NCBI GenBank assembly: GCA_964016885.1
Contig: OZ024757.1
Span: 40,920,001 to 40,984,000, forward strand
Length of the DNA stretch: 64,000 nucleotides
DNA from: Eledone cirrhosa
Taxonomy: Eukaryota
Reading direction: 5' to 3'
Shown: positions 1-12,877 of the stretch, piece by piece
Layout: the number at the start of each line of letters is the position of its first letter
Position numbering within the stretch: position 1 is the stretch's first letter
The notes under the pieces: generated by a model
The model's database searches: none
Told to the model about the DNA's origin: nothing
Seen by the model: the letters and a program-made list of their open reading frames with translations, nothing else
Position numbers and translations under genes: made by a program

Positions 1-122
1 GTTGTTTTTTTTTGTTTTTTTTCTTAGTCTATTGTTGTTGTTGTTGACTGTAAAAGAACCGGAAATAGAGATACTGTAATTTGACCAAATTCTGTCTACA
101 GAAAAACAAATACTTATGGGGG

Positions 123-164
<42 letters not shown>

Positions 165-429
165 GTGTATAAATTAAGTCCAGAGCATCACTGATTTTTC
201 GTTTTCTTTATACTATATATTTCGTTTCTGAATTTGTTTAGCAAGATTCTTTATCAGAAAACGTGTGTTGAAACCGATATTGTTATACTTTGGGAGGGTC
301 ATGTTGCCAATAAGAAACACACGCACCAGAAGTTTCACTTCAATTTATTATAATAAATTTATAAATTTAGGAATTTATAAATTTCCGGTTGGTTGGTTGG
401 TTCCACAACCAGGTAGTTGTTTATATATT

Positions 430-472
430 GTCAAAGTTCTTTCGTCACACATTCTGTGACCTCTTCAGTGAC
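430..472 (-). ncRNA. Type I hammerhead ribozyme motif (family A)
   Basis: Minus strand reads GTCA-CTGAAGA-G-GTCACA gaatg TGTGAC-GAAA-GAAC-TT-TGAC: stem I GTCA/TGAC, intact core, 6-bp stem II, minimal stem III, CUU triplet. Confidence 0.8.
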
Positions 473-519
473 TGGGGATTCTTTTCTTTGTTTTTGTGCC
501 TCTCCTTTGTTCTGTCCTA

Positions 520-578
520 CGCCATTTTGTTTCTGTGTGTGTGTTGTGTGCTCAGTCTGCGCATGCGCCACATCCGGG
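520..578 (-). promoter_or_regulatory. Cluster of ETS-like (CCCGGATGTG), NRF1-like (GCGCATGCGCA) and YY1-like (CAAAATGGCG) motifs upstream of the family A hammerhead
   Basis: Plus strand CGCCATTTTG 520-529, TGCGCATGCGC 558-568, CACATCCGGG 569-578. A YY1-like CAAGATGGCG is also present at 53379 in copy A3. Confidence 0.45.
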
Positions 579-700
579 TGTCTGTGTGTGTTTATATTCG
601 TTTATTTATTTGTTTATTTACATGTTATTTATTATAATAAATTGAAGATAAAGCAACTGGTGCGTGTGTTTCTTATTGGCAACATGACCCTCCCAAATGA

Positions 701-804
<104 letters not shown>

Positions 805-949
805 AAATAATATATATATACATACATATATATATTATATATATATATACATATATATATACCTCGGATTAAAGTGCACCGTTATGTGTGTGTATATATA
901 TATATATACATATATACATACCTCAGATTAAAGTGCATCGATATATATG

Positions 950-999
<50 letters not shown>

Positions 1000-1126
1000 G
1001 ATAGATATATATTTATGACATATGACATATATATATATCCTATGTATATTATGTTATATATATATATATGTTTGTGTGAGAGTGTGTGTGTGTGTGTTGA
1101 TGTGTGCTCTTTGTGCCTAAAAGATT

Positions 1127-1159
<33 letters not shown>

Positions 1160-1392
1160 TTGTCATTCTCTTTCTCTTCCTCCTTCTCTGGGATGAGCTG
1201 CGCCAGGTTTTCAATGCCACGAGGGCCCCCTTACGACTCCACCGGGATTAAAGTGGGGCCTTATAAAACATCCTACAACCAACATGGATTTTTAAGCGGT
1301 TTTCTTTCACATTCAAAATCGCGACTTATCATTAACAGCCGAATAGAAGTCTTCACTGTAATGATGTGGTCCTTTTTAAAGCCAGGTTTATT

Positions 1393-1433
1393 ACCTGAGT
1401 TTACCCTTTCGGACGTCAACCTTCTTCAGTTGA
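1393..1433 (-). ncRNA. Degenerate hammerhead-like motif followed by AATAAA
   Basis: Minus strand CTGAAGA-a-GG ttgacgt CC-GAAA-gggtaaac-TC-aggt-AATAAA. The core is intact but stem I does not pair. Confidence 0.4.
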
Positions 1434-2143
1434 TTCATACGACACTGTACTTATTCTAAACAGTTCTCTCATACAGAAAGCTTATATACTACAACGATAT
1501 TACAATTTTAAATAAAGATACCGCAACAACAACAACAACTCCAAGAATAACTACAACAATAAATACATCAAAAATAATAAGAGAAGCAAAAATCAACAAC
1601 AATAACAACAGAAATAAATTAACGAATTGAAAAGATGAAATATGTGAAGAAATTGAGAGAATGAAGAATATGATCTGTAGGAAAAAGACAAGAGAAAAAA
1701 ATTCTATTCGTTTCCAAAGTGCGTACATAAATACTGCATTCAAATATATTCATATTACACAAATACAATATATCAACCACAATGTGCTTCTCTTTGCACA
1801 ATGCTACATGAAATTATATAGAGATAAGCAGAAGAAATCACCAGAAGGAAAAAACGATAAGGAATTGAGAAAACAGTAAAATATATAAGCATTAAAATCT
1901 TCTTGACATTCTATCATAGAACGGTTCTTTCGTTTGAAATTTACACAAACACAAGGAAATCATTTGGTTTCATGAATTCAAGATATGATTGTTGTGAAGT
2001 TGTATTATAAACTTTTCAGTGAAGCACATATGACAATTGAGTTTTCATTCATCGTTGTAAGACCTTAGGGTGTTGGGGGTGGTGTTGGTGCTGGTTGTGG
2101 TGGTAGTGGTGGTGTTGTTGTTGGTGGTGGTGGTGGTAGTGGT

Positions 2144-2722
2144 GGTGGTAGAATGGTAGAAAACTCGGTAGAGCGTAGGATAACATGCTTTTGTCGTATA
2201 GAGTTACTACGCTCTTAAACATTCTGGGTTTAAATGTCGACTAGGTTAGCTTTGCCTTTCATCCTTACGGGGTCGATAAAATAAAGTACCAGTAATGCAC
2301 TGGGGTTGATTTCGTTGACTTTCTCCTCCCCGAAAATTGTTGGTCTTGAAACGATTATTATTATTATTAGGGCGGTGGTTTGGCAGTATCGGTAAAGCAG
2401 AGCGACGGACAATATACTTTGCGGCTTATAGTTCCGTACATTTACTTTCTGAGTTCAATTATCGCCGGGGCTAGGTTTTCCTTTTATTATTGCGAGTTCG
2501 ATAAAATATAGTACCTGTAATACAACCGGGTCGATTTACTCGACTTTCCCTTGCCCCCAAATTGTTGGGCGTGTGCCTAAATCATAATGCAATATACAGT
2601 TGGCTAACTGGAGGGTATTGGATGAAATAAAGTACCAGTCATGTACTGGGGCCGATTTAATCGACTTCCCTTTTACCCCCCCAAAAATTGCTGGCCTTGT
2701 GCCTAAATTAGAAACCATTATA
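2144..2722 (+). mobile_element. Cluster of ~3 tRNA-derived SINE copies (Deu/Nin-like core)
   Basis: Repeated TTTGCCTTTCATCCTTACGGGGTCGATAAAATAAAGTACCAG core, head with B-box-like GAGTTCAA, 3' GGCCTTGTGCCTAAA and (ATT)n tail. Confidence 0.85.
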
Positions 2723-3338
2723 GGGACACTGGAATTTATTGCCTTATATTTCACATATAAACTCTGACATGTAAGATGCTGCTCTGATGAGCAAATATAT
2801 ACCGAGACTCACATCTACATTTACATTATTCCCCACTATAATAATTGCGATGCACTTTAAGAGAAACATATAATTCGGTTGATAAATGCATCATGCTTTA
2901 ATAGACATCAACTATACGCTCTCAGCTTTCGCACATTCCAGTATATATGATTAATATTGAGTTGTGAATATATTGGTAAAAAAAAATAATATTTAATAGA
3001 CGAAAATGTTAATATCTATATGCATGATAAAAAGGGGATGTTTAAACATTAGTTTTTACACATCGTTATATTCCGAACATGTTTTATTCATAAACAGAAC
3101 CATGCGGTATGTATTATGCAGCGATATTACAGAACGCACTTTATATAACACTACACTAACAAATTTATTTCTAATATATATAGCCAGATATACATATATG
3201 TATGTACTCATGTATACATAATTATATATGTGATAGTGTGAGAGTCCAATATGTGCAAAATAACTGTAATAATAATCGACCACTATAATTAATAGTGGCG
3301 AATATGAGATAGAATACCCTACGATGCAGTGTTATATA

Positions 3339-3384
<46 letters not shown>

Positions 3385-3387
<3 letters not shown>

Positions 3388-3485
3388 CAAAGAGGGTTTG
3401 GTAAGATACCAGGTGGACAATAACACACGGATGTAGCTGTCGAAACGGTCGGATCTCAGCCATCGGGAACGTGATTTTTTTCCTA
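3385..3485. mobile_element. Family C mini-element, degraded/rearranged copy in (TA)n
   Basis: TAACAAAGAGGGTTTGGTAAGATACCAGGTGGAC terminus plus TAGCTGTCGAAACGG...TTCCTATA, homologous to 23608-23818 and 62717-62910. Confidence 0.7.
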
Positions 3486-3504
3486 TATATATATATATAT
3501 ATAT

Positions 3505-3715
3505 GTATGTAAAAGGTAAACAGAAATAACAACACAATCGGTACAGTGTATATAAGGGATATATTAGGTTAACACTTGATATAACAGGAAGAGGGTCTTA
3601 ACGTTTCGGACGCTAGTCCTTCAACAGAAGAAAGAATGAGAAATAAGATGGATTGAGGGGTTGGAATTGGTAAAAATGTCTTTAGATAAAAATAACAGGT
3701 CCATTCATGTTATAT
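3505..3715 (-). mobile_element. Family B PLE-pLTR-like element with hammerhead at 3596-3631
   Basis: Minus strand TCTT-CTGTTGA-a-GGAC tagc GTCC-GAAAC-GTT-AAGA (core A6>U). The 3' terminus TTTCTGTTTACCTTTTACATACA-(TA)n is shared with 13120-13140 and 17187-17256. Confidence 0.75.
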
Positions 3716-3818
3716 ATATAATTAAGCTATATGCATAAATATATGTACATGTATGTATATATATATATATATCTGTGTGTCTGTGGATATATATATATAT
3801 TTTTGTATATATATATAT

Positions 3819-3853
<35 letters not shown>

Positions 3854-4110
3854 CATACATATATATATATATTTGTGTGTGTGTGTGTGTCTATAAATAA
3901 ATATATATATGTATAAATTTTTATATAGATACATATATATATATATATACATATATACATATATATATACATATATTTATATATATATACGTATATATGT
4001 ATACATATAGATAAACAGATATATATACATATACATAAATACACATATATACATAGACACATATATATATATATATATATATACACATACATACTTATAT
4101 ATATATATAT

Positions 4111-4151
<41 letters not shown>

Positions 4152-4502
4152 CATATATACATATATACATGGAAATAAACGATAAACATACATGTTATTA
4201 ATCATTACTTAAAATGACCAAGAACTCTATACATCATTCTAACATAGAGTATGAGAAAAAAATAAATTCAACTTTATAAAGCAAGAAACAAAACTGTAAC
4301 CAACATCTCCTCTGTGTAACATGGTGCCACACAGAATACATCAACTTGTCGTGTTTTTTATAATACAACGTTATTTCTATGTTGAATCGGTTTTGGTTCG
4401 AAATGAGATGCCATTTAGACGGCCATTTTGCTTTCTTTTTTTTTGTTTTGTTTTTTTTTGTAACGATCTCAAACAATGGGTGTTATTGATTAGATGTATA
4501 TT

Positions 4503-4571
<69 letters not shown>

Positions 4572-5029
4572 GACGTTGATTTGAATACATTGAACGAAAA
4601 GTGTAGAAATTGCGGGTGTATGTAGGTATTTATGTATATATACATATAAATATATATGTGTGTGTTTCTGCGTGTGTATGTGTGTGTACATGTGTGTATG
4701 TGTGTATGTGTGTGTCTGTGTGTCTGTGTGTGTATGTGTACGTGTGTTTTTGTGTCTGTGTGTGTGTGTTTGTGTGTGTATGTGTGTATACACATATAGA
4801 TATTCATAAATCATACACTTATAGACGAGTAAGGTCAAAACAATTAGATACTTTCAGACACACATACATAGAGTCGCATATACATACTGAGACACATGCA
4901 TACCCACTTATATATATATACATACGCACATACCAATAGACACACATAGAGTCAGACACACAGGCATACACGTCCTCTCAAAAACCCAGACACCAATTAT
5001 ATAGTGGCGTTCAATTAGTTACCAAGAAA

Positions 5030-5255
5030 AACAATGAAGGCGAAACCACCCGGCAGGAAACCCAGGGGTAGACCCCGAGCAAGATGGTGGGATAACATCA
5101 ATGAACCTGGCTGGTTCATTGATGTTATCCCCCCATCTTCAGTTGCTTCAGACAGGACCAGCTGGAAGGTGTGTTTAAGGACTCCGCCCTAACTCCACGA
5201 CCCTCTCAGGAATAGATGGGTGAAGAAGAAGAAGAAGAAGAAGAAGAAGAAGAAG

Positions 5256-5258
<3 letters not shown>
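5030..5258 (+). mobile_element. 3' fragment of RTE-clade LINE with (GAA)n tail and internal inverted duplication
   Basis: Encodes KAKPPGRKPRGRPRARWWDNI (RTE C-terminal RGRP..RW motif) and is homologous to 39098-39298. Ends CTCTCAGGAATA...(GAA)n. Confidence 0.8.
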
Positions 5259-5291
<33 letters not shown>

Positions 5292-5795
5292 GAGCAATCT
5301 GGGACATTGCTAACAAAAACACTACAATCACATGACCATTGCTGAGACACTCAGACCCAGCTGCGACTACCATTAATTTTTGAGAACAATACCTTAACAT
5401 CAGTATGAGTGGTCAGTTTGAACTGAAAGAGGTGAGAGAGTTCGGGCCAGATATGGCCGGTTTAAATGCTAACGTGTTAATGAAAGCAGTGATTGTGCTA
5501 CCAAGTCATACATGATTTTAAATGGTGGTCGTAGCGTGTCTGTTGTTGATGTCAATAAGAGTAAGAAGGAAGTTTGTTTGGTATTATGCAGCTTAGATGG
5601 CGTGTATGTAGTAATTCTTCTGATAGAGTTGAACAGAGATGAAGGGGAACTAACTCTGTTAATAACTGATAACAATCTACTTTAGAGTGTAGCAACCATG
5701 GGTGGTTGATAATAATTATCAAGTTAAAGAGCTGTACTCACGTAATGGCTGATATATATATATGTATATATATATACATATACATATATATATAA

Positions 5796-5835
<40 letters not shown>

Positions 5836-6079
5836 TACATATATATATATATATATTTACATATACATACATACATATATACATATACATACATATGTAT
5901 ACATATATATGTATATATATGTGTGTGTGTGTAAAGAAACATATACATATCGATATAAAAATATACATATATATATAACATCATACAAACATCTACATAT
6001 ACATATGTACATATATATATATATGTATATACATGTTTACATAATTACAAATATACACACATTTCTCCCCCCCTCTCTC

Positions 6080-6132
<53 letters not shown>

Positions 6133-6274
6133 CACTCCAGTTTCAATAGACCATTACAAATCATCTACAGATTAAATCATATAAAAAGCAGTAATTCTAT
6201 CAAATAACACTATTAATTAATTGACATTGTTTCGCGTCTGCACATAAACAATCTCGTGTTTCCTTCTTCTAACC

Positions 6275-6552
6275 TCTACACTTACCTCCCTCTTTAGCTT
6301 CCTAGCTATCCCTATCTCTTTACCTGGCTATCTACCTGCCTCCACACCTACCTACCTACCTCTACACCTACCTACCTACCTATATACCTTCCAACATACC
6401 TCTACACCTTCCTACCTCCATCTTTAGCCTTCTACCTATCCCTACCTCTATACTGGCTATCTACCTACCTCCCTCCCAAGCTTTATAACTATACCTACCT
6501 CTATACCTGGCGAGATTTCTACCTCCATACCTGCCTACCTACCTACCTACCT
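6275..6552. repeat. Degenerate (CTAC)n-based pyrimidine-rich tandem repeat
   Basis: Repeated CCTACCTACC and TCTTTAGC..CTA.CTATCCCTA.CTCT units. Confidence 0.7.
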
Positions 6553-6680
6553 ATATATATATATATATAAGGGCGTGTGCGTCGCAAATTTATATCTGTA
6601 CATATGTAGTTGAAAGTTTAAACGTAGCTGCCTTTAATTTATTCACACACACGCACATACACGCGCATTCACACAGACAA

Positions 6681-6728
<48 letters not shown>

Positions 6729-6821
6729 GGGAGAGATAGAGAGAGAGAGAGGCACATGTACATAGAACTGTGTACATTAATTTGGTTACATCCTAGAGTG
6801 TCTAAAAGCTTTCACTTGTAT

Positions 6822-6856
<35 letters not shown>

Positions 6857-7355
6857 CATATATATCTATATATATCTGTGTGTGTGATACATCAGCTCAT
6901 ATAGATGCAGGTGTGTATATGTGGGCGTGTGTACGTCTATGTGTATGTGTCTGAGTATGTGTCTCTGTGTGTATTACATAGAATCATATACACACCATTT
7001 ACAACACCCTGTGGTGATTTGCTCTCCGATAATTAAGTGGATTTCATTACCCCGATAACTGAGAGGCCTCCTTCTACAGATTGTGCTTCATCTCTCTCTC
7101 TCTCTCTCTCCCTCTCTCTCTCTCTCTCACACACACACATCCACGCACAAACGCCTTCTCTCTCTCTCTCCCTCTCTAGATGTATATATATATACATCTA
7201 GAGAGGGAGAGAGAGAGAACATACATATATATATATGTATGTGCATATATATATATTACATACACACTCATATATATATGGATATAAACATACATACATA
7301 TTTACAAATACATATATGCATATTTACACACACACATATATATGTGTGTGTGCGC

Positions 7356-7430
<75 letters not shown>

Positions 7431-7482
7431 CGTAAATACACACAGGCACATATATATACATATATACATAAATACATATACA

Positions 7483-7529
<47 letters not shown>

Positions 7530-7534
7530 ACATG

Positions 7535-7579
<45 letters not shown>

Positions 7580-7789
7580 ATGTATATATATATGTAATAT
7601 TAACTGTTAAACGCGCTATGTAATGTTTAATATGAAGCAGTAATCTGTGTGATATCCCTAAACATTTCCTATCGATCCTGATCACTAATCTCCCTTGATG
7701 TCAACTCTATCACGAACATCGATCTCTCTTAATAATCACTGGATTATTGCATGTAATTATAATATAACATTTTAACATCCTATAACCTT

Positions 7790-8730
7790 GTATTGTATGC
7801 TGTGGTATCATGTTAGAGGTTATACGCTGCGATATCGTATATGTTTTATGTGATATCATATATGTTATATGCGGTATCGTATCTGTTATAAGCTGTGATA
7901 TTATATATATTATATGTGATATCGTATATATTATATGTGATATTGTATATGTTATATGTGGTGTTGTATATGTTATATGTGATATTGTTTGTTATATGTC
8001 ATATGCTATATATAAAATGTGGTATTGTATATATTATATGTGATATTGTATATGTTATATATGGTATTGCATATGTTATATGCTGTGATATGATATATAT
8101 TATATGTGGTATTGTATATTCTGTATGTGGTATTATATATGATATATTCTATGTTATATGCTATGATATTTTATGTTATATGTTGTGATATATTTTATGT
8201 GATATACTCTGATATTATATACGTTATATACTGTGATTTGATATAGGTTATATATGATATACCTTATATGTGGTATTGTATATCTTATATATGGTATTGT
8301 ATATATTATATGTGATATTGTATATAATATATGTGGTATTGTAAATGTTATATGCGATATGCTGCGATATTTTATATACTATATGCTGTGATATGATGTA
8401 TGTCATATATGATATTTTGTAAGTTACATGTGATATTTTATATGTTATATACTGTGATATCATATTTTTAATATGTGATACATAATATATATTGTATGCT
8501 GTGATGTTATATGTGATATTCTGTGATATTCTATATTTTGTATGTGATATGGTCTGATATATGATATGTGAAATATTATATGTTATATACTGTGATATTT
8601 AATAAGTTGTATGTGATATGTTGTGATATATTATATATTATATGTCGTGTTATTCCATATGTTGTATGTAGTATGTTGTGATATTACGATATTATGTGAT
8701 ATGTTGTGATATCTCCTGATATCTTGTCAT
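7790..8730. repeat. Degenerate ~21-bp minisatellite (GTGATATTGTATATGTTATAT)n
   Basis: About 40 diverged units, visible as the repeated ICDIVYV pseudo-peptide. Confidence 0.9.
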
Positions 8731-8754
8731 AAATAAACGTTATGGATATCATGT

Positions 8755-9350
8755 GATAAAACAACAACACTAACATCAACAACAACAACCACTTCAATAA
8801 AAATTCTAACAACAACAACAACACTATTACCATTAACAAGATTAGCAAACACTTTAATAACAGCAACAAGAGGAACAACTATAATATCGGTTACCACGGT
8901 AACAACAACAACAACAACAACAACTACAACAACAACTACTACAACAACAACAGCCACTTGAACGACAACGACAATAATGGTGACGATTATAAGGATATCA
9001 CTTTTAATATTGATATTAACACAAGCCATAATGAAAATATTGTTATTAATAATAATGATAATGATGATCATGATGATGGTGATGATGATGATGGTGATTA
9101 CGATGATGGCTATGATGAGGATGATGGTGATGATGATGATGGTGATTATGATGATGGTGATTATGATGATGGCTATGATGGTGATGATGGTGATGATTAT
9201 GATGGCTATGATGATGATGATGGTGATGATGATGATGAGTTACTAAGTCAACAAACATAACCAGAAGACATGGCGTGATGACACTAGAAGAAGAAGAAGA
9301 AGAAGAAGAAGAAGAAGAAGAAGAAGAAGAAGAAGAAGAAGAAGAAGAAG

Positions 9351-9380
<30 letters not shown>
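8755..9380. repeat. Compound trinucleotide microsatellites (CAA)n, (GAT)n, (GAA)n
   Basis: Read directly from the sequence. Confidence 0.95.
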
Positions 9381-9381
<1 letters not shown>

Positions 9382-9681
9382 TAATATGAATGATAATATT
9401 TACGTTATAGATTAGTGTTGGATAGGAATGGTGGAGTAATTCAAAAGCCGGAATAAGAGACACCAGAAGTGTTAAATATAATTTATTACCATTATCTAGG
9501 TTCCACCATTAAAGACAAACCAGGAAGAGAGATGACATCAATTTTGATTGGATGATAGAGCAGTGTTTTCTTCTTTACCAATCACCTCCTAATATTGTGT
9601 AGAATCTAGCTATCTGTCTCTTTAACTGTTTATATATATATATATGGGTGTATATATATATGGGTATATATATATGAGTGC

Positions 9682-9768
<87 letters not shown>

Positions 9769-9779
9769 CATACACACAC

Positions 9780-9960
9780 AAAAACTTAACGGAAATAACA
9801 AATCTAAGGACACACATTAGAATAAAGAAATATATTAGTTTAACGCTTGATATAGTAGGAAATGTATCTTAACGTTTCGGACACTAGTCATTCATCAAAC
9901 GATAGTAATATTAGAAATAAAAAGACGGAACAAAAAGATAGAGAGTGGGAAGAAAAAAGA
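9780..9960 (-). mobile_element. Family B element, diverged copy; hammerhead remnant 9867-9900
   Basis: Minus strand TTGATGA-atgactagtgtcc-GAAAC-GTT-AAGA. The downstream TCCTACTATATCAAGCGTTAAACTAATATAT matches 3560-3590. Confidence 0.65.
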
Positions 9961-10038
9961 AAAGAACAGTAAAAGTAAATTTTCGAAATAATACATTTGT
10001 CTACTCAATCACCCATTTTGAAGAAATATATATATATA

Positions 10039-10192
10039 GTAATAATGATAAATGTGAAGGCTAAAATCTGAAGAGGGCTCGATAAGGATAATATATATAT
10101 ATATATATAAATGTATAAACCGTAGAGTTTCAGAAGATCCCGTTAAGGGTGAAAGCAGTAATTCTTTGCTGAAACTTTAATCTGGTATCTTA

Positions 10193-10198
<6 letters not shown>
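10039..10198. mobile_element. Family D mini-element (inverted 3' tail joined to hammerhead 10126-10176) in (TA)n
   Basis: 10039-10127 is the reverse complement of 40786-40866. 10126-10198 matches 40708-40780 (AGTTT-CAGAAGA-tCCC..GGGt-GAAA-GCA..TGC-TG-AAACT, then AATAAA). Confidence 0.75.
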
Positions 10199-10266
<68 letters not shown>

Positions 10267-10271
10267 ATATA

Positions 10272-10455
10272 TAGTTGTTTTAAGGTTGCAATAAATGCGT
10301 CCTTAGGCGGTATGCCGTTTGAGGAAATGCCTGGAAAACGATAAACATATCTGAGGACCTTGCGAATAGATCCTGCCTTCAGCTGATCGTCGAAGAAACA
10401 TGTAATATGTTAATAAATTGTGTTTTGATGCATCATTTCACTGATTCCTCATTAT

Positions 10456-10460
<5 letters not shown>
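10272..10460 (+). mobile_element. Family J PLE-pLTR-like element (copy J1) in (TA)n
   Basis: Homologous over its length to the minus strand of 19636-19812. The tail GCATCA..CTGATT also occurs at 161-215. Confidence 0.75.
10344..10411 (+). ncRNA. Type I hammerhead ribozyme motif (family J)
   Basis: AACATAT-CTGAGGA-[long imperfect stem II]-GAAAC-AT-GTA-ATATGTT: perfect 7-bp stem I, palindromic stem III ACATGT, GUA triplet, AATAAA at 10412. Confidence 0.8.
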
Positions 10461-10517
<57 letters not shown>

Positions 10518-10570
10518 GAGAAGAAAGAAGAATACTGCGTGGTTTGCACATGGGTTACATATGATAAAAA

Positions 10571-10615
10571 TAGTCCTTCGTCAGTGATTTTCCAACCATC
10601 ATTGGTATTTCATCG
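10571..10615 (-). mobile_element. 5' half of a hammerhead-bearing element (family B'), truncated in stem II
   Basis: Minus strand TTGGAAAATCA-CTGACGA-aGGACTA; a second copy lies at 32912-32957. Confidence 0.55.
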
Positions 10616-10616
10616 C

Positions 10617-10711
<95 letters not shown>

Positions 10712-10946
10712 GAGAGGAGGGGTAAAGAGGGACAGAGAGAGTGAGAGAGCATGTATGTGTGTAATATGTATTATTCATTTAATTAAATTGTACAAATTAA
10801 AAGCCTTATCGCTCAAAATTATGTAAAGGTTATAATCACCTCTACATAATATTGTTTTGTTCCCATATATTTTGTAACACCTGTGTTTCAGTTGTAATAG
10901 GAATATATTCATCTGCTGGTAAATAAAAGATGGAAGTATAATAATA

Positions 10947-10982
<36 letters not shown>

Positions 10983-11072
10983 TTTAATAAAATTTTGCTG
11001 CAGGCGATAACAAAAGACATGTCATTTTTATCATAAATAATAATAATAACAACAATAATAACAACAACAACA

Positions 11073-11140
<68 letters not shown>

Positions 11141-11149
11141 AAGAAGAAG

Positions 11150-11181
<32 letters not shown>

Positions 11182-11524
11182 TGATGGTGATGAGGATGAT
11201 GATGATAATATATTTTGATGTTGCTATTTATTATTATTAGCAGTAGTGTTATTATTACCCTCATTATCAAGAGTGCTATTGTTATTTTTAGCTGTTATCA
11301 CAAGTAGTATTATTACTATTATTGTTGTAGATATTTATATATTCCTAAAAGATCCTAACAATACCAAAGGGTCTATTTAATTACAAAACTACTTCAGTTT
11401 CTATTTCCTTTTGTCGTTATAGTTTTCTTCTTAATAACAACTATCTCACAGAAAACAAACTAAATCTTATAGAAGAATATATTTTTAAAAAACGGCATCA
11501 ATATCGGATCTCACACATTGGAAA

Positions 11525-12010
11525 ACTTACACATAATGTAGAAATACATAAACTCATAGAGGATGTTGTGGTGCCAGCTACACATACACACACTTACACA
11601 GACCAGAATTACAAAGGCAGGATTACATAAACTCATATAAGATGGTGACAACTACATGTATACACACATGCACACCGCAGAATTACACACAAAGGCGGGA
11701 ACACATTAACTCATATAGGATGGTGACACCTTCACATATACATACATACACAGCGCTGAATTACACACAAAGGTAGGAACACAAACCCCTATAAAATGGT
11801 GACAACTACACACTTATCTTACACAGTACCCAGAATTACACACAAAGGTAGGAACACAAACCCCTATAAAATGGTGACAACTACACACTTATCTTACACA
11901 GTACCCAGAATTACACACAAAGGTAGGAACACAAACCCCTATAAAATGGTGACAACTACACACTTATCTTACACAGTACCCAAAATTACACACAAAGGTA
12001 GGAACACATA
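11525..12010. repeat. 75-bp minisatellite, ~3 diverged plus ~3.3 near-perfect units
   Basis: AATTACACACAAAGGTAGGAACACAAACCCCTATAAAATGGTGACAACTAC... recurs at 11759, 11834, 11909 and 11984. Confidence 0.95.
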
Positions 12011-12103
12011 AAATATTGGTTTTTATATATATATTTAGGGAGAAAAGTTCTCATTTTTGTCTATAGTCTTCTTTCTTTCCCTCTTAGTGTTGTCCTTAGG
12101 CTT

Positions 12104-12152
<49 letters not shown>

Positions 12153-12209
12153 AAATAGAGCTCGACAAAACAATTGGTAGATTGAAATATTGAGTGTAAT
12201 CTAGGTGAG

Positions 12210-12262
12210 ACTCCACTCCAGCAAGGCCGCAGTTCAATGACTGAAGCCAATAGCAGAGTAAA
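12210..12262 (-). mobile_element. Fragment of an octopus-type SINE/MITE repeat (TTCAGTCATTGAACTGCGGCCTTGCTGGAG)
   Basis: Homologous to 38700-38760 (TTTAGTCATATGACTGCGGCCATGTTGGGGCA). Confidence 0.55.
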
Positions 12263-12790
12263 TTAATGAATCAATTTTCGTTAAGTTTTAATGGAAGAAA
12301 TGCAACATTTAAAATTGAAACACTGAAGTGGGTGCTAACTTTCTTAACCCAGTGAATCAATAAATGCTAATTGATATAAATTACATTTATAGTGATGGAT
12401 TAAACCCATTATCTTATGATTAATTCTTATTAAGACACGTAGGGGAGTCAACTCTGGAATCAAATTAAATTTAAAGAAGACTGTAATTACGAACACATTC
12501 TTTCTTCAGAATTGATGTTTTATATGTAAAATAACTTTAAGTTTCAAAGTAGAACTTGTCTGGGAATTGTCTTGTGTAGAATCAGTATTGAAATTAAAGC
12601 AATTACTTCGCAAAAGAGTAATTTTAGCCATGATAAAAATAAAAAAAATATGCAAAAATACTTTTGGAATAACGGATAAATTCATTTAACATTTGTTAAT
12701 TATTTTCCTTGTGTCGAAATGTTTGTCTTGATAATGTTAAAAGACTTCGGAGATATCAAAAAGCGAAATGGCGTGGAGACAACAGTGCCA

Positions 12791-12848
<58 letters not shown>

Positions 12849-12877
12849 TAAGCATTTATAGAAAAATATGTGTAACA

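Larger units (their letters stand above)
220..700 (-). mobile_element. Family A PLE-pLTR-like mini-element (copy A1) in a (TA)n context, with ~70-bp inverted repeat (289-358 / 625-697) and a hammerhead
   Basis: Near-identical to 53068-53373 and similar to 28266-28582. TGGGAGGGTCATGTTGCCAATAAGAAACACACGCACCAG recurs inverted at 657-696. TA runs lie on both sides. Confidence 0.8.

Noticed and set aside
2775-2816. Possible hammerhead at CTGATGA 2784
   Set aside because: GAAA is replaced by GAGA, stems II and III do not pair, and there is no second copy.
10068-10090. CTGAAGA in the inverted family D tail
   Set aside because: The homologous position in the 40708 copy reads CCAAAGA, and no GAAA follows.
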